DNA of 29,030 nt, taken from the IMG/VR virus record IMGVR_UViG_3300048609_000057, positions 1 through 29,030 of that record. One strand, written 5' to 3'. This document shows positions 16,665 through 25,397 of this stretch, piece by piece. The DNA is from a virus. The position numbers and the translations under genes are program-made. Numbering within the stretch: the stretch's first letter is position 1; the number at the start of each line of letters is the position of its first letter. The notes beneath the pieces are model-generated. The model worked only from the letters and a program-made list of their open reading frames with translations. It was not told the DNA's origin and did no database searches.

Positions 16665-17008
16665 CAACAAACGAAGATCCGACACTGGAAGACTGCACGA
16701 AGCTGTACCTTAGATACCTTCAAACCTACACTGTTATCTTGTTGCACAAATCCACCAACGCCGACAACAACATTCCACCCAACGTTGTAGAAGGGCTTAT
16801 ATCATCAGTACTAGCCGAGGACGACGTTTTGAAAGTGCTAGCCACCGCTTTGGGCGTCAGAGATGGGTTGGACGGCGAACCTCTCGCTACGCGAGATGGG
16901 TTTATCCACGAACACTTAAGCACACATTGGAATCTAGAAGACGAAGACGAAGACAAAGACGAAGACAAAGACGAAGACAAAGACGACGAAGAAGACGACG
17001 ATGAGTAG
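16661..17008 (+). CDS. Small protein with a poly-acidic (DED/DKD) C-terminal tail
   Basis: 115 aa with a GGAGA SD. The last 25 aa are EDEDEDKDEDKDEDKDDEEDDDE, encoded by gaagacaaagac tandem repeats (16926-17005). Confidence 0.55.
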   Translation: MTTNEDPTLEDCTKLYLRYLQTYTVILLHKSTNADNNIPPNVVEGLISSVLAEDDVLKVLATALGVRDGLDGEPLATRDGFIHEHLSTHWNLEDEDEDKDEDKDEDKDDEEDDDE

Positions 17009-17291
17009 ACTCGAAACCGATCACCGCACCGTCTCGTGGATCGAGACCAGAAAAGTCATCGTCGGCTATCACAACTGCGATGTCTGCGGTAGTGAGACTC
17101 CAGAGCCGACCACGGAGCAGATGATCGAATTTGCGAAAAGCAATCGTGGCTGCTTCATGTGGCCAGACGCGCACGAAGCCGGCTGTCAGGCCGTGGGTTG
17201 GACCAATGACTACGACTACGGCCTCCTTTGCCCCAAATACACAGAGGTCAAAAGGACAGCGTTGGCCGAAAGGAAGAAGACACGAGGATGA
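17001..17291 (+). CDS. Hypothetical Cys-containing protein (possible zinc ribbon)
   Basis: 96 aa. CDVCGSE...C...C...LCPKY. It overlaps its neighbours by ATGAGTAG and ATGA. Confidence 0.5.
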   Translation: MSRLETDHRTVSWIETRKVIVGYHNCDVCGSETPEPTTEQMIEFAKSNRGCFMWPDAHEAGCQAVGWTNDYDYGLLCPKYTEVKRTALAERKKTRG

Positions 17292-17920
17292 CGACAGCAG
17301 ATGAACAGGTTTGGCGCCCTGAAACACTTCTGCCGCTAACCACACCAGAACTTCTACGCCTCAAGCGCGCACTTGAAGGTGGTGAAGGAATGGTTGTGGA
17401 CGTAGTCATCTACAAGGCCGTCCTCGACACGCTTTGGGATCGTGAAGCAACTCCAACCACGAGTTGGCCTACAAGCGTGCTTGAGGGCGGCGTTAGGGTT
17501 GTTCATTTCTGTGGCGGCACATTCATCCGTGACCCTGATCTTGATCTTGGACCCGACGATCCTGAACATCGCCCGACAAGATCATTATCGTTGCCTTCAG
17601 GTGAGCAGTGGTTTGAGTGTTCGTGTGGGCGTCGTGATGGTGGTGATGGTGGTACCGTCCAAAACCGCAGTGCCACAGAACGTCTGTGGCGTGTTGTAGG
17701 TGAACCTGGAAGATGGCCGTACGACGACACAAAGAAGGTGTATCGTGTGTGTCGTGGCACGAGAGATGTCAACAATCGCGCCCACGCATTCGCTGCCCAG
17801 TATGAAGCTTTCCACACAGGAGATGGCAGAGTGCTCATCTGTATTTGCGGCTTGTCATCTTACGATGATGAAGTCACCGAAATCGTGAGTACTCACGTTA
17901 AGGAGCTGTCAGGTGAGTAA
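17288..17920 (+). CDS. Hypothetical protein
   Basis: An internal ATG of track ORF 17228..17920 overlaps the upstream stop. About 210 aa with no recognised motif. Confidence 0.5.
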   Translation: MTTADEQVWRPETLLPLTTPELLRLKRALEGGEGMVVDVVIYKAVLDTLWDREATPTTSWPTSVLEGGVRVVHFCGGTFIRDPDLDLGPDDPEHRPTRSLSLPSGEQWFECSCGRRDGGDGGTVQNRSATERLWRVVGEPGRWPYDDTKKVYRVCRGTRDVNNRAHAFAAQYEAFHTGDGRVLICICGLSSYDDEVTEIVSTHVKELSGE

Positions 17921-17958
17921 GTCATTTCTCGCCATTAGCGTAGTGGCAAAATAGGTCA

Positions 17959-18654
17959 ATGAGCACACGAATTCACCCATTCCCCGATGAACCTTTTTGT
18001 GCTGCCTGCCACGGCGGTGACAGCATACCGTGTTCTGCTGAGCACCAGACGTATGCACAACGCCACACAGAAACGAAAAAGGCCGAACCTGTAGCGCTGG
18101 TTGATCTCGACGGCACACTCTGCGATTTTGATTTAGCTATGAAGGAGGCGCTAGAACGTCTTCGTAGTCCGCTTGAAGACTCCAAACTAGACGAGTTTGC
18201 CTACGAAGACGTCCCACACATAAAGGCGCGACGTCGATTGATCAAGTCACAACCTGGATTCTGGCGTAACCTGCCAGTGCTTCCATTAGGATTTGACATC
18301 CTGACTATGCTACAGGAGTTGAATTTTCGTCCGCACGTGCTCTCAAAAGGCCCCTTTCACGTGGCTGCGGCCTGGGGTGAAAAGGTTGAATGGTGCCGAG
18401 CCCACGTTCCAGACCTTCCTATCATCTTGTCTGAGGACAAGGGATTGGTCTACGGAAAGGTGTTGGTTGATGATTGGCCAGCGTACTTTGAGCGGTGGCT
18501 GACGTGGCGTCCTCGCGGGCTTGTTGTGATTCCAGCCCAGCCATGGAACGAGAAATGGATCAACGAAGGTGCCAATTGGGTACGCTACGACGGGACAAAC
18601 AGCGATTGTGTGTGGAATAGGTTAGCTGAGGCTCGTGCAACAGCCGGTGACTGA
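17959..18654 (+). CDS. HAD-superfamily 5'(3')-deoxyribonucleotidase-like hydrolase with an N-terminal Cys/His extension
   Basis: ALVDLDGTLCDF carries the DxDGT HAD motif I. The layout resembles the NT5C-type deoxynucleotidases common in phages. Confidence 0.7.
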   Translation: MSTRIHPFPDEPFCAACHGGDSIPCSAEHQTYAQRHTETKKAEPVALVDLDGTLCDFDLAMKEALERLRSPLEDSKLDEFAYEDVPHIKARRRLIKSQPGFWRNLPVLPLGFDILTMLQELNFRPHVLSKGPFHVAAAWGEKVEWCRAHVPDLPIILSEDKGLVYGKVLVDDWPAYFERWLTWRPRGLVVIPAQPWNEKWINEGANWVRYDGTNSDCVWNRLAEARATAGD

Positions 18655-18875
18655 TGAACAACGCCAATAAGTGGTTTGTGTATTGTAAGATGACGTGTCT
18701 AGGAGGAAGTGAACAAGGAACTTGTTCATGTCGTCACCCAAAAGAGTGTAAACTGCAAGACGATTCCGAATACTGCACGTATCGCCACAAGGCAATAACG
18801 CGAATGCTTCGCTACGTACGGAACATAACAGTACCAGAAGAAAACACCAATGGAAATCCATCCTCAAACAACTAA
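18654..18875 (+). CDS. Hypothetical Cys-rich small protein
   Basis: 73 aa. CKMTCLGGSEQGTCSCRHPKECK. Confidence 0.35.
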   Translation: MNNANKWFVYCKMTCLGGSEQGTCSCRHPKECKLQDDSEYCTYRHKAITRMLRYVRNITVPEENTNGNPSSNN

Positions 18876-19089
18876 ACACATGCACGCTTCTCCAGCTCTG
18901 TACGCGTGGATCGCACAACTAGCACGTATCCTACGTACAGTTGAGTTCTTTGCATGTCCCGCTAAACGGGACGGTAAGACTCGAATAACGATCCGTTACA
19001 AGAGCATAGTTGCTGACTGTTGCATCGAAGACGACACAGTTGAAGCGGTAGCTGAAGTTCTGAGGGCACCGCGCCCCGTCGTCGACTGA
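18850..19089 (+). CDS. Hypothetical protein
   Basis: 79 aa ORF. Confidence 0.35.
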   Translation: MEIHPQTTKHMHASPALYAWIAQLARILRTVEFFACPAKRDGKTRITIRYKSIVADCCIEDDTVEAVAEVLRAPRPVVD

Positions 19090-19676
19090 TGAAAGAACAG
19101 CTCATGGTTGACATCAACGACGATGTTGGGAGCCGTCGTTTTGAGCTTCTAGAGCTTGATTACGACCGCCCTACTACGAAACCTACAGCTACTTCTGCTA
19201 TCCCTGCTGTGGACACCACTGCGAAGCCTACAACTACTTCTGCTGTCCCTGCTGTGGACACTACTAAACCTGGTGCAAACGGTGGTTCCACCATCTTCGT
19301 ATTCCTGTATCGTGGCGATCGAGAGTTTCTAGCTGTTCCTAACCAGCGTTACTCCTTGTCTCCTAGATACTTCGTACGGACACAAGACGAGATCAGTAGG
19401 TTGCGCCGGCAAATTTCATTTCTTATACGAGATCTTCAAGCTTGGACAGTATCTATTTCACCTGTCAACGTGATGCGTTTTGGGCGCGATCAGTTCGGTG
19501 AGACGGTGATACTGAGCCCTGGTGTAGAAATACAAACACCGATACTAGATGACGAATATTGGACAATGAAACAACAAATAGCGCAACTTCAAAACGCTGT
19601 AGAAGAGCTTCGTGCGGAGTGTGACACTCTTCGTAGAGAGCGTGACAGGTACCGCGCAGAGTGTTGGACATTGTGA
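19089..19676 (+). CDS. Hypothetical protein with a tandemly duplicated Thr/Pro-rich segment and a C-terminal coiled coil
   Basis: 195 aa. KPTATSAIPAVDTT / KPTTTSAVPAVDTT is encoded by a 42-nt direct tandem duplication. The C-terminus is QQIAQLQNAVEELRAECDTLRRERDRYRAE. Confidence 0.5.
   Translation: MKEQLMVDINDDVGSRRFELLELDYDRPTTKPTATSAIPAVDTTAKPTTTSAVPAVDTTKPGANGGSTIFVFLYRGDREFLAVPNQRYSLSPRYFVRTQDEISRLRRQISFLIRDLQAWTVSISPVNVMRFGRDQFGETVILSPGVEIQTPILDDEYWTMKQQIAQLQNAVEELRAECDTLRRERDRYRAECWTL
19187..19270 (+). repeat. Imperfect 42-nt direct tandem repeat (x2) inside a CDS
   Basis: aaacctacagctacttctgctatccctgctgtggacaccact is followed by aagcctacaactacttctgctgtccctgctgtggacactact. Confidence 0.7.
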
Positions 19677-19977
19677 GCGCAGTGAACACAACTGTCCCGT
19701 GGCCTAGGCCGCTTTCTCACTACGATACTGACGGTCCTCGTAGTTCTGGGCCTCCTATCGAGTTCGAGGTTGGTGGGGCTTTTTTCAGCGTAGCCTCGAC
19801 GGCCGCGCTAGCTCCGACTACGTTGCGCACGCGGTTTCATGTTCAGTGCCGCACTTGTACAAAACGCTTCACGAAGCCACAACCGGACCCACGTCTTACA
19901 TCAAGTCACACCTAAGAGAAGCTCACGGCTTCGAGGGTGTGTTGGGGTACGAGAATGATCCTGTCGATTGACCTGGG

Positions 19978-20544
19978 GTGCTTACGATGGCCATTAAATT
20001 GATTTGTGAGTTTGCAAAACCCAACGAACAAACCTTCGCAACATCGCCGATCAGGATTGGCAGACTACCATCCGCCAGTTTTTGTATCGACCACCCTGAC
20101 GTCGGTAAAATGCAAGCGGTTATCGAGCGAGAAAACGATACATACTACATCTTTGATTTGACTGCTACTAACCCCACGAAACTGAACGATCATACAGTAA
20201 GCCGTGCCAAGTTGAGCGGTGGCGACCTATTGAAGTTTGGACGGGTCGTAGTATCCGTTTACACTGATGTAAGCGACGAAGAGTTGGTTGATCACCGCCG
20301 GCAAACTGCGACAGCGGGTCTTAAACAAGCCGCTGCTAAGCTAGAAAAAGAGACAGTGGTTGTCACTGCTGGCGGCGGTTTGGTTAGACTAGAGTTCAAC
20401 GGCTTGCTAGCAATACGCAGTATACACATTGACGATCTAGTCGTAGGCGATCGTGAGATGTTGCAGGATTTGTTGTTTGCTGCCCTTGCAGACGTACCGC
20501 CCAAAATGTACGCCATCATAGGAAAAATCGCAATCGAGGTCTAA
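19978..20544 (+). CDS. Fusion of a divergent FHA-like N-terminal domain with a YbaB/EbfC-like nucleoid-associated DNA-binding domain
   Basis: The C-terminus VVVTAGGGLVRLEFNGLLAIRSIHIDDLVVGDREMLQDLLFAALADV matches E. coli YbaB ([44 protein letters not shown]). The N-terminus IRIGRLPSASFCIDHPDVGKMQAVIERENDTYYIFDLTATNPTKLNDH follows the FHA outline (GR...D...Y.I.DL..TN.T..N) but lacks the canonical SR/H and SxNG serines. Confidence 0.65.
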   Translation: MLTMAIKLICEFAKPNEQTFATSPIRIGRLPSASFCIDHPDVGKMQAVIERENDTYYIFDLTATNPTKLNDHTVSRAKLSGGDLLKFGRVVVSVYTDVSDEELVDHRRQTATAGLKQAAAKLEKETVVVTAGGGLVRLEFNGLLAIRSIHIDDLVVGDREMLQDLLFAALADVPPKMYAIIGKIAIEV

Positions 20545-20970
20545 ATGGACTACCAAGAGATCTACGAACACTGGAGTGATTTACCTGACTGCCACATCCA
20601 CTTCGGTGGAGAGTGTATGTGGGGTAAGCAACTTCCTGACGGTACCATCGGGCTCAACAACAACCCACTCCAAAACGAGTACCGTTGGCAGGACATCGTC
20701 CGCGACGTCAAGCCTTGGCCAGAGATCCTACATCGTCGTTGGCCCATCCAAGTAGGATTTAAGAACAAGGAAAAACGAAAACGAGATATACGGGAAGCGT
20801 GTCACTTCATTAATGGTGCAACACTTAGCCATTGGGACAACACGTCAGGATGGGTTCTTTGTAAGAACTACGACGTTGCGATACAAGTCATAACTGTACT
20901 GACTCCTTTGACCACCGGCGTCGAAGAGGTCCCCTCGGATACTTCAAGGTTCTACAAACCAGCGCCGTGA
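20545..20970 (+). CDS. Hypothetical protein
   Basis: 141 aa with an ATG immediately after the upstream stop. Confidence 0.5.
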   Translation: MDYQEIYEHWSDLPDCHIHFGGECMWGKQLPDGTIGLNNNPLQNEYRWQDIVRDVKPWPEILHRRWPIQVGFKNKEKRKRDIREACHFINGATLSHWDNTSGWVLCKNYDVAIQVITVLTPLTTGVEEVPSDTSRFYKPAP

Positions 20971-21410
20971 TCACACGCGCCGTATTAGGTGAGTTGGTAG
21001 CAGCGCTTCGTGAGCAAATGGAGCGTTGCCCTGGCTGTCACGGCGCTGGCAAGATACGACAAGAGCACTGTCAGCCCTGTTTCTGCCTCGTTTGTGAGGA
21101 GCCTACAAAAGCACTATATCTCTGCGATCGAGGCGACCCGTTACAGTTTGCAGACCTTGCTGATCCTAAGATACTAGAGCTGCTGACGCCCCTCTACGAG
21201 CACGTCGCCAGCGCTGCAAAAGAATTCGTCAAACGCTGTCCAGGTTGTTTTGGCGTGGGTCGTGTCTGGTCTGGTGGGCAGCAACGACCATGCCTAGTCT
21301 GTCGTCGCCTGCTCGACGCTCTCAAGAACTACAACGATGAGATAGTGCCTGCGGTGATGCCGACTATCATTGACAGAAAACGAGGAAGGCAACTATGCGA
21401 CAGCGAATAG
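20967..21410 (+). CDS. Protein with two DnaJ-type CR zinc-finger repeats (CxxCxGxG) from an internal duplication
   Basis: RCPGCHGAGKIRQEHCQPCFCLVCEE and RCPGCFGVGRVWSGGQQRPCLVCRRL. Each half has CPGC-G-G followed by C..C. Confidence 0.55.
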   Translation: MITRAVLGELVAALREQMERCPGCHGAGKIRQEHCQPCFCLVCEEPTKALYLCDRGDPLQFADLADPKILELLTPLYEHVASAAKEFVKRCPGCFGVGRVWSGGQQRPCLVCRRLLDALKNYNDEIVPAVMPTIIDRKRGRQLCDSE

Positions 21411-21607
21411 CACGTCGCCTTGTGGTTGGCGATTTAGTACATTTCCAGTTTGGTGCACATACCATTGAGGGGATGGTAGTAGAAGATCGTGGCGACATAG
21501 GAGTGGACGGTCGTCAACTTGTGCGTGTCGAGACCACTTTCAACATGGGCGTGCAGAGTTGGGAACTTCCCGCAGCTTTCTTGACTTTACAGACAGAGGA
21601 AAAATGA
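21395..21607 (+). CDS. Hypothetical protein
   Basis: 70 aa. Confidence 0.4.
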   Translation: MRQRIARRLVVGDLVHFQFGAHTIEGMVVEDRGDIGVDGRQLVRVETTFNMGVQSWELPAAFLTLQTEEK

Positions 21608-21936
21608 CAGACAAGCCGAAGACTGAATCGCTGACAAAACTCACACCGATTGAGCACGACCTGTCGACGCGTGTATTCGAGTTCAGAACAGAAAACACAC
21701 CACCAGAGGATGATCACGAACTTAGAGATTGGATGATGCGTACACTCCATCACTGTGTTGAGGAGACTACGATCAACAGGTTTCGCGCGGCCGACATCAC
21801 ACTTATCGTAGGTGTTGACCACAAACGCTACACCTGGGTAGAAAAGCCGTTCAGCATAGTCGTTCACAACATCTACGTGGCACGTACGCACATCCCGATC
21901 GACATGGACAAAGAGCCGCCAGCGGCGGATGAATAA
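21604..21936 (+). CDS. Hypothetical protein
   Basis: An internal ATG of track ORF 21559..21936 is preceded by GAGGAAAA and overlaps the upstream stop (ATGA). Confidence 0.5.
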   Translation: MTDKPKTESLTKLTPIEHDLSTRVFEFRTENTPPEDDHELRDWMMRTLHHCVEETTINRFRAADITLIVGVDHKRYTWVEKPFSIVVHNIYVARTHIPIDMDKEPPAADE

Positions 21937-22525
21937 CGTGCGGCAACGCGTAACCAATCTAGGTGTCAATTGGGAAGGTACCGATCTCGATCCTCTTAGA
22001 GACGAGCTGATAGACAAGCGGTTTCCTTCTGTGACAACAGCTCGCGAGTTCGTACGTGGATCAGCTCCTACCGCGGATGCTACTGGTTGTCCTTGTTGTG
22101 GGCAGCACGCAAAAGTGTACAAGAGGCATATCACCGGTGCGATGGCCTGCGCACTGATCCAGATCTACAAGTACTACTGGCTTAACAAGTGGCCCGCAGA
22201 CTGGCTTCACGTGCCGCGTTACCTTGCTGGGCAGAAGTTACCTGCGAGCGTCAAGGCGAGTTGGCACGGTGGTGACTGGTCCAAACTCAGATTCTGGAAG
22301 CTCATCGAACCAAAAGCTGACGAGGAGCGCGCCGATGGGTCGTTGCGTGTGGGCTATTACCGAATCACCGACTTAGGAAGGGGCTTCGTAGAACGCCAAA
22401 TCGAGGTACCCAAGTTTGTGTTTCTTTACGCTCAAACCACGCTCGGGCTCGCTTTGCCGTATATCACTATCGATGACGCTCTCGGAGCCAAGTTCAACTA
22501 CACCGACCTTATGGGAGGAATCTAA
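21929..22525 (+). CDS. Hypothetical protein with a CPCC zinc-binding motif
   Basis: 198 aa. GCPCCGQHAKVYKRHITG. Confidence 0.5.
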   Translation: MNNVRQRVTNLGVNWEGTDLDPLRDELIDKRFPSVTTAREFVRGSAPTADATGCPCCGQHAKVYKRHITGAMACALIQIYKYYWLNKWPADWLHVPRYLAGQKLPASVKASWHGGDWSKLRFWKLIEPKADEERADGSLRVGYYRITDLGRGFVERQIEVPKFVFLYAQTTLGLALPYITIDDALGAKFNYTDLMGGI

Positions 22526-22891
22526 ATGGCACAACACGGTGTGGCACTCGTGACACCTAAATGGTGCGACTCGATCATGACGTCACAAATGCTCTTGCCG
22601 TACCCAATTTGTAAGGTTGTTCCAGGACACATACAGAAAACTTTACTGCTCAAACTTCCTAACATGCCGTTGCTAGCTATTCCATGTCAGCTCGGAGATC
22701 CAGATGCTGACTACAATTCGGAGGGGCAGTGTTTAACCTGTCGTACGTGGGGCCTTAGCCGGTTAGGCCCAGGAGTGTGGCAGCTAGCACCGTCGATTGT
22801 TGTTTCGTACAAAGAGCTGCATGCTTATATAGTCATGAGGGATGTTCCAGAACCAGCACCGTTTGTTCCGGTACTAGAAAAACCAGCGTAG
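22526..22891 (+). CDS. Hypothetical protein
   Basis: 121 aa. Its ATG is immediately after the upstream stop. Confidence 0.5.
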   Translation: MAQHGVALVTPKWCDSIMTSQMLLPYPICKVVPGHIQKTLLLKLPNMPLLAIPCQLGDPDADYNSEGQCLTCRTWGLSRLGPGVWQLAPSIVVSYKELHAYIVMRDVPEPAPFVPVLEKPA

Positions 22892-22925
22892 GGTTAGGTA
22901 TCATTGCAGCTGTTGAGGTGAACTG

Positions 22926-23195
22926 ATGATGAAACGTATAGTCATTGTAATCGCAATTGTAACCGCTTGTTCTGAAACTACTTCAAACGAGGTCACGACA
23001 CGCGCAACGAAGTTTGCAAGTGACCTTGCCTTGAAGGACGTTAGGTGTTCTGTCGACAAGTGGGGTTGTAGAGGTCATCGTATAACATGTGCTGGAGACA
23101 CTGCGAACGGAGGCGCATTGTTTTTTGAGTGTTTAGGAGCTGCGGCATGCGAAATATACGGTGTTGCTGCTTTGCCTGAAGAACATGACAACTAA
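22926..23195 (+). CDS. Small Cys-rich lipoprotein
   Basis: MMKRIVIVIAIVTACSETT has a signal peptide with a lipobox (VTA-C). The mature part has 6 Cys. Confidence 0.55.
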   Translation: MMKRIVIVIAIVTACSETTSNEVTTRATKFASDLALKDVRCSVDKWGCRGHRITCAGDTANGGALFFECLGAAACEIYGVAALPEEHDN

Positions 23196-23257
23196 CTAAG
23201 AGACCGCTTGCCGCACCGAAAACTGGACATCTTCAGGATGCAGTGTAAGTATGCCCT

Positions 23258-23812
23258 ATGCTATTACTAATTTTCCTGATTCAGATTCTTCCTACTGCTG
23301 AGGATGTCAAACAGCTGAAAGTCGTCGAGGGTATAGCGACTGTTTTTGGGCATCCTAACGACTACTACAGTGGAGGCACTACACGCTGCTTGTACGATGA
23401 GAACGGAAGAAAGCGTGCAGTACGTCCTGATGATGTCGGCGTAGCACACCGCGAGTTGGATTGTGGAGCTGTCGTCTACGTAACCAACCTGGAGACCGGC
23501 AAATCAGTACGTGCTGTGGTTGTTGACGCTGGTCCGTGGGGTGCGATCTCGACCCGTCCGTCTACTGGCAACAAGTTCTGGTACGTCAAAAAACACAAGT
23601 ATCACCGTCCAGGACCAATAAAGTGTCCATCACGTAGATGTAAGGTGGGCCGTTGGCGAGGTGTAGTCGACCTTACCCCAAGAGCGGCTGCACTGATTGA
23701 TCATGATGGTTGGGCGCGTGTTAGAATAGTGTATGATAGACGAGATCTCCGGTGGTACAAGAAGCTACAACAAGCCAAACAACGTCGAGCAGACCGTGTG
23801 AATAGGAGTTGA
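23258..23812 (+). CDS. Secreted RlpA-like double-psi beta-barrel (DPBB) domain protein; a candidate cell-wall-acting enzyme
   Basis: An N-terminal hydrophobic signal (MLLLIFLIQILPTA) is present. GIATVFGHPNDYYSGGTTRC...VAHRELDCGAVVYVTNLETGKSVRAVVVDAGPWG matches the RlpA pattern (ASWYG..G..TA.GE......AAH..LP.GT.VRVTNL.NGRSV.VRINDRGP). Confidence 0.65.
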   Translation: MLLLIFLIQILPTAEDVKQLKVVEGIATVFGHPNDYYSGGTTRCLYDENGRKRAVRPDDVGVAHRELDCGAVVYVTNLETGKSVRAVVVDAGPWGAISTRPSTGNKFWYVKKHKYHRPGPIKCPSRRCKVGRWRGVVDLTPRAAALIDHDGWARVRIVYDRRDLRWYKKLQQAKQRRADRVNRS

Positions 23813-24112
23813 TTGATGCTAGATGCTAAGCCTGGACTCTACAAACACTTCAAGAATGGTCCTCTGGTTGTCGTCTACGGTACCGCCAAGCATTCTGAAG
23901 CGCTCCACATGTGTCTCGTAGTCTACCGTGAAGTTGGTACAGACCACGGGTTGCTGGTTAGACCTGTTGAGATGTTTCTACAAAACATTCAACGCCCCAC
24001 GTACACCGGTCCGCGGTTCTGGCGTGTCGGAACGTTAGAAGACGCGTTGCAGCTACTCGACGGACAACTAATCGAAGGTGGCAACGAACCTGTAGACGAC
24101 ATATTTAAATGA
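23813..24112 (+). CDS. DUF1653-like protein
   Basis: GLYKHFKNGPLVVVYGTAKHSEALHMCLVVYREVG...LLVRPVEMF...RF. The YRHYKG...Y.V...A.H.E....VVY....W.RP..F pattern matches my memory of DUF1653. Confidence 0.6.
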   Translation: MMLDAKPGLYKHFKNGPLVVVYGTAKHSEALHMCLVVYREVGTDHGLLVRPVEMFLQNIQRPTYTGPRFWRVGTLEDALQLLDGQLIEGGNEPVDDIFK

Positions 24113-24762
24113 AAACGCTACTTGCAACAGCTTTTCCAGACGACAAAGACGATCCGCTGTTGCGGTGGAACCACCCCAACCACGCTGCAGGGTTTCTGGC
24201 TGACCTTGCGGTGCTGTTGTACGAGCGTGAAGACCCAGAAACGCTAACAGCCTCTTCAGAGTGGAACGGCACGAGAATGATTAGCATTCCCAGCAATCAT
24301 TACTACAAAGCCGCCAAAGCCGTCATCAGCGCTACAAGGCGTGTCTGGTCTGCAAGCGCAAGACGTATGTTTGCAGCTCATTGGGGTACGATTGTACACA
24401 ACCCACATTCGCTAGTAAAACATGATTACCACGCCACTGCATACGCTGAACTTGTTACTCGGGCTGCGCGGATTCTTGTTGGCCACCTATCCACCGATCT
24501 TCTCGATCCATGCATAGTCAACAGTCGCGTAAAACACTTATGTTTAGCTACTGCGTGGACTACAATCGATCAAGACGATGTCCGACGAACCGAAATCAAG
24601 TGGCGCATCCGAGACTGGCTTGCTCTCACCGACGATGTTGTCGACATCCCGTTGCGGTACCGTCGCGCCGCTATCACAGCTTGGCGGGGCGGCGCTCGAC
24701 AAACTGCTTTCCAGATCATCGTGGCTGGAACGGCGACAATGGCAGCAAAACACCGAGATTGA
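24109..24762 (+). CDS. Hypothetical protein (possibly the upstream part of a frameshifted gene)
   Basis: 217 aa, with an ATGA overlap to the upstream gene. The last ~185 nt overlap the next ORF, which is in the +1 frame. Confidence 0.45.
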   Translation: MKTLLATAFPDDKDDPLLRWNHPNHAAGFLADLAVLLYEREDPETLTASSEWNGTRMISIPSNHYYKAAKAVISATRRVWSASARRMFAAHWGTIVHNPHSLVKHDYHATAYAELVTRAARILVGHLSTDLLDPCIVNSRVKHLCLATAWTTIDQDDVRRTEIKWRIRDWLALTDDVVDIPLRYRRAAITAWRGGARQTAFQIIVAGTATMAAKHRD

Positions 24763-25393
24763 CGACAGGGCGTGGAGTGTAGCTTGGCGCGATTGTCGGC
24801 ACGCTGCTGCGTGTGCTGCTGATCTTTGTCGGTTGGTGCTACCCACACCAAAACGGCTTGCGGCGCCTGAACAACATCCGTACCGCGATACCTGCGTGTC
24901 CGACGATCTCACCGAGCAGGCTACCGCAAGCCACCTCGCACAGGCACTGCAATTCATTGACGCGTTTGCTGATAATACAATCCTGGAATGGGCATTCCCC
25001 GATCAACTCTACGAAAATCAAGTCTCGAAGATTTACTACGCCGCACGTGAGTACGGCGAGGCCGCTTACTATGCTGGGTATCAAAGCCATGATCTTGCGT
25101 GGCACATAGCTGGCGAGATCGTCAAACGAGCATGTATTGTCGTACAAAAATGGGCGGCAAGCTCTGACGGCAACGGCCACGTCCCTAACATAATGCTGCA
25201 ACAAGCCGCACAAAAAGCATTGGAGATCTGCGAGTTTGACGCCGTCTCTGACGTGCTTTGCAGGTGGCGTTTTCGAGACGCTTATGAAGGTTTTCAGGGT
25301 GCAGAAGCTGAGCAAGCACGACAAGCATTTGAGGCGTGTTGGACAGCAGGATCCTACCAATTAGCATACACAATATTTGAGACGCCTGGTTAA
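24578..25393 (+). CDS. Hypothetical protein (possibly the downstream part of a frameshifted gene, or starting at an internal site)
   Basis: 271 aa ORF in a different frame that overlaps 24109..24762. No convincing SD at 24578. Confidence 0.4.
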   Translation: MSDEPKSSGASETGLLSPTMLSTSRCGTVAPLSQLGGAALDKLLSRSSWLERRQWQQNTEIDDRAWSVAWRDCRHAAACAADLCRLVLPTPKRLAAPEQHPYRDTCVSDDLTEQATASHLAQALQFIDAFADNTILEWAFPDQLYENQVSKIYYAAREYGEAAYYAGYQSHDLAWHIAGEIVKRACIVVQKWAASSDGNGHVPNIMLQQAAQKALEICEFDAVSDVLCRWRFRDAYEGFQGAEAEQARQAFEACWTAGSYQLAYTIFETPG

Positions 25394-25397
25394 GTTG

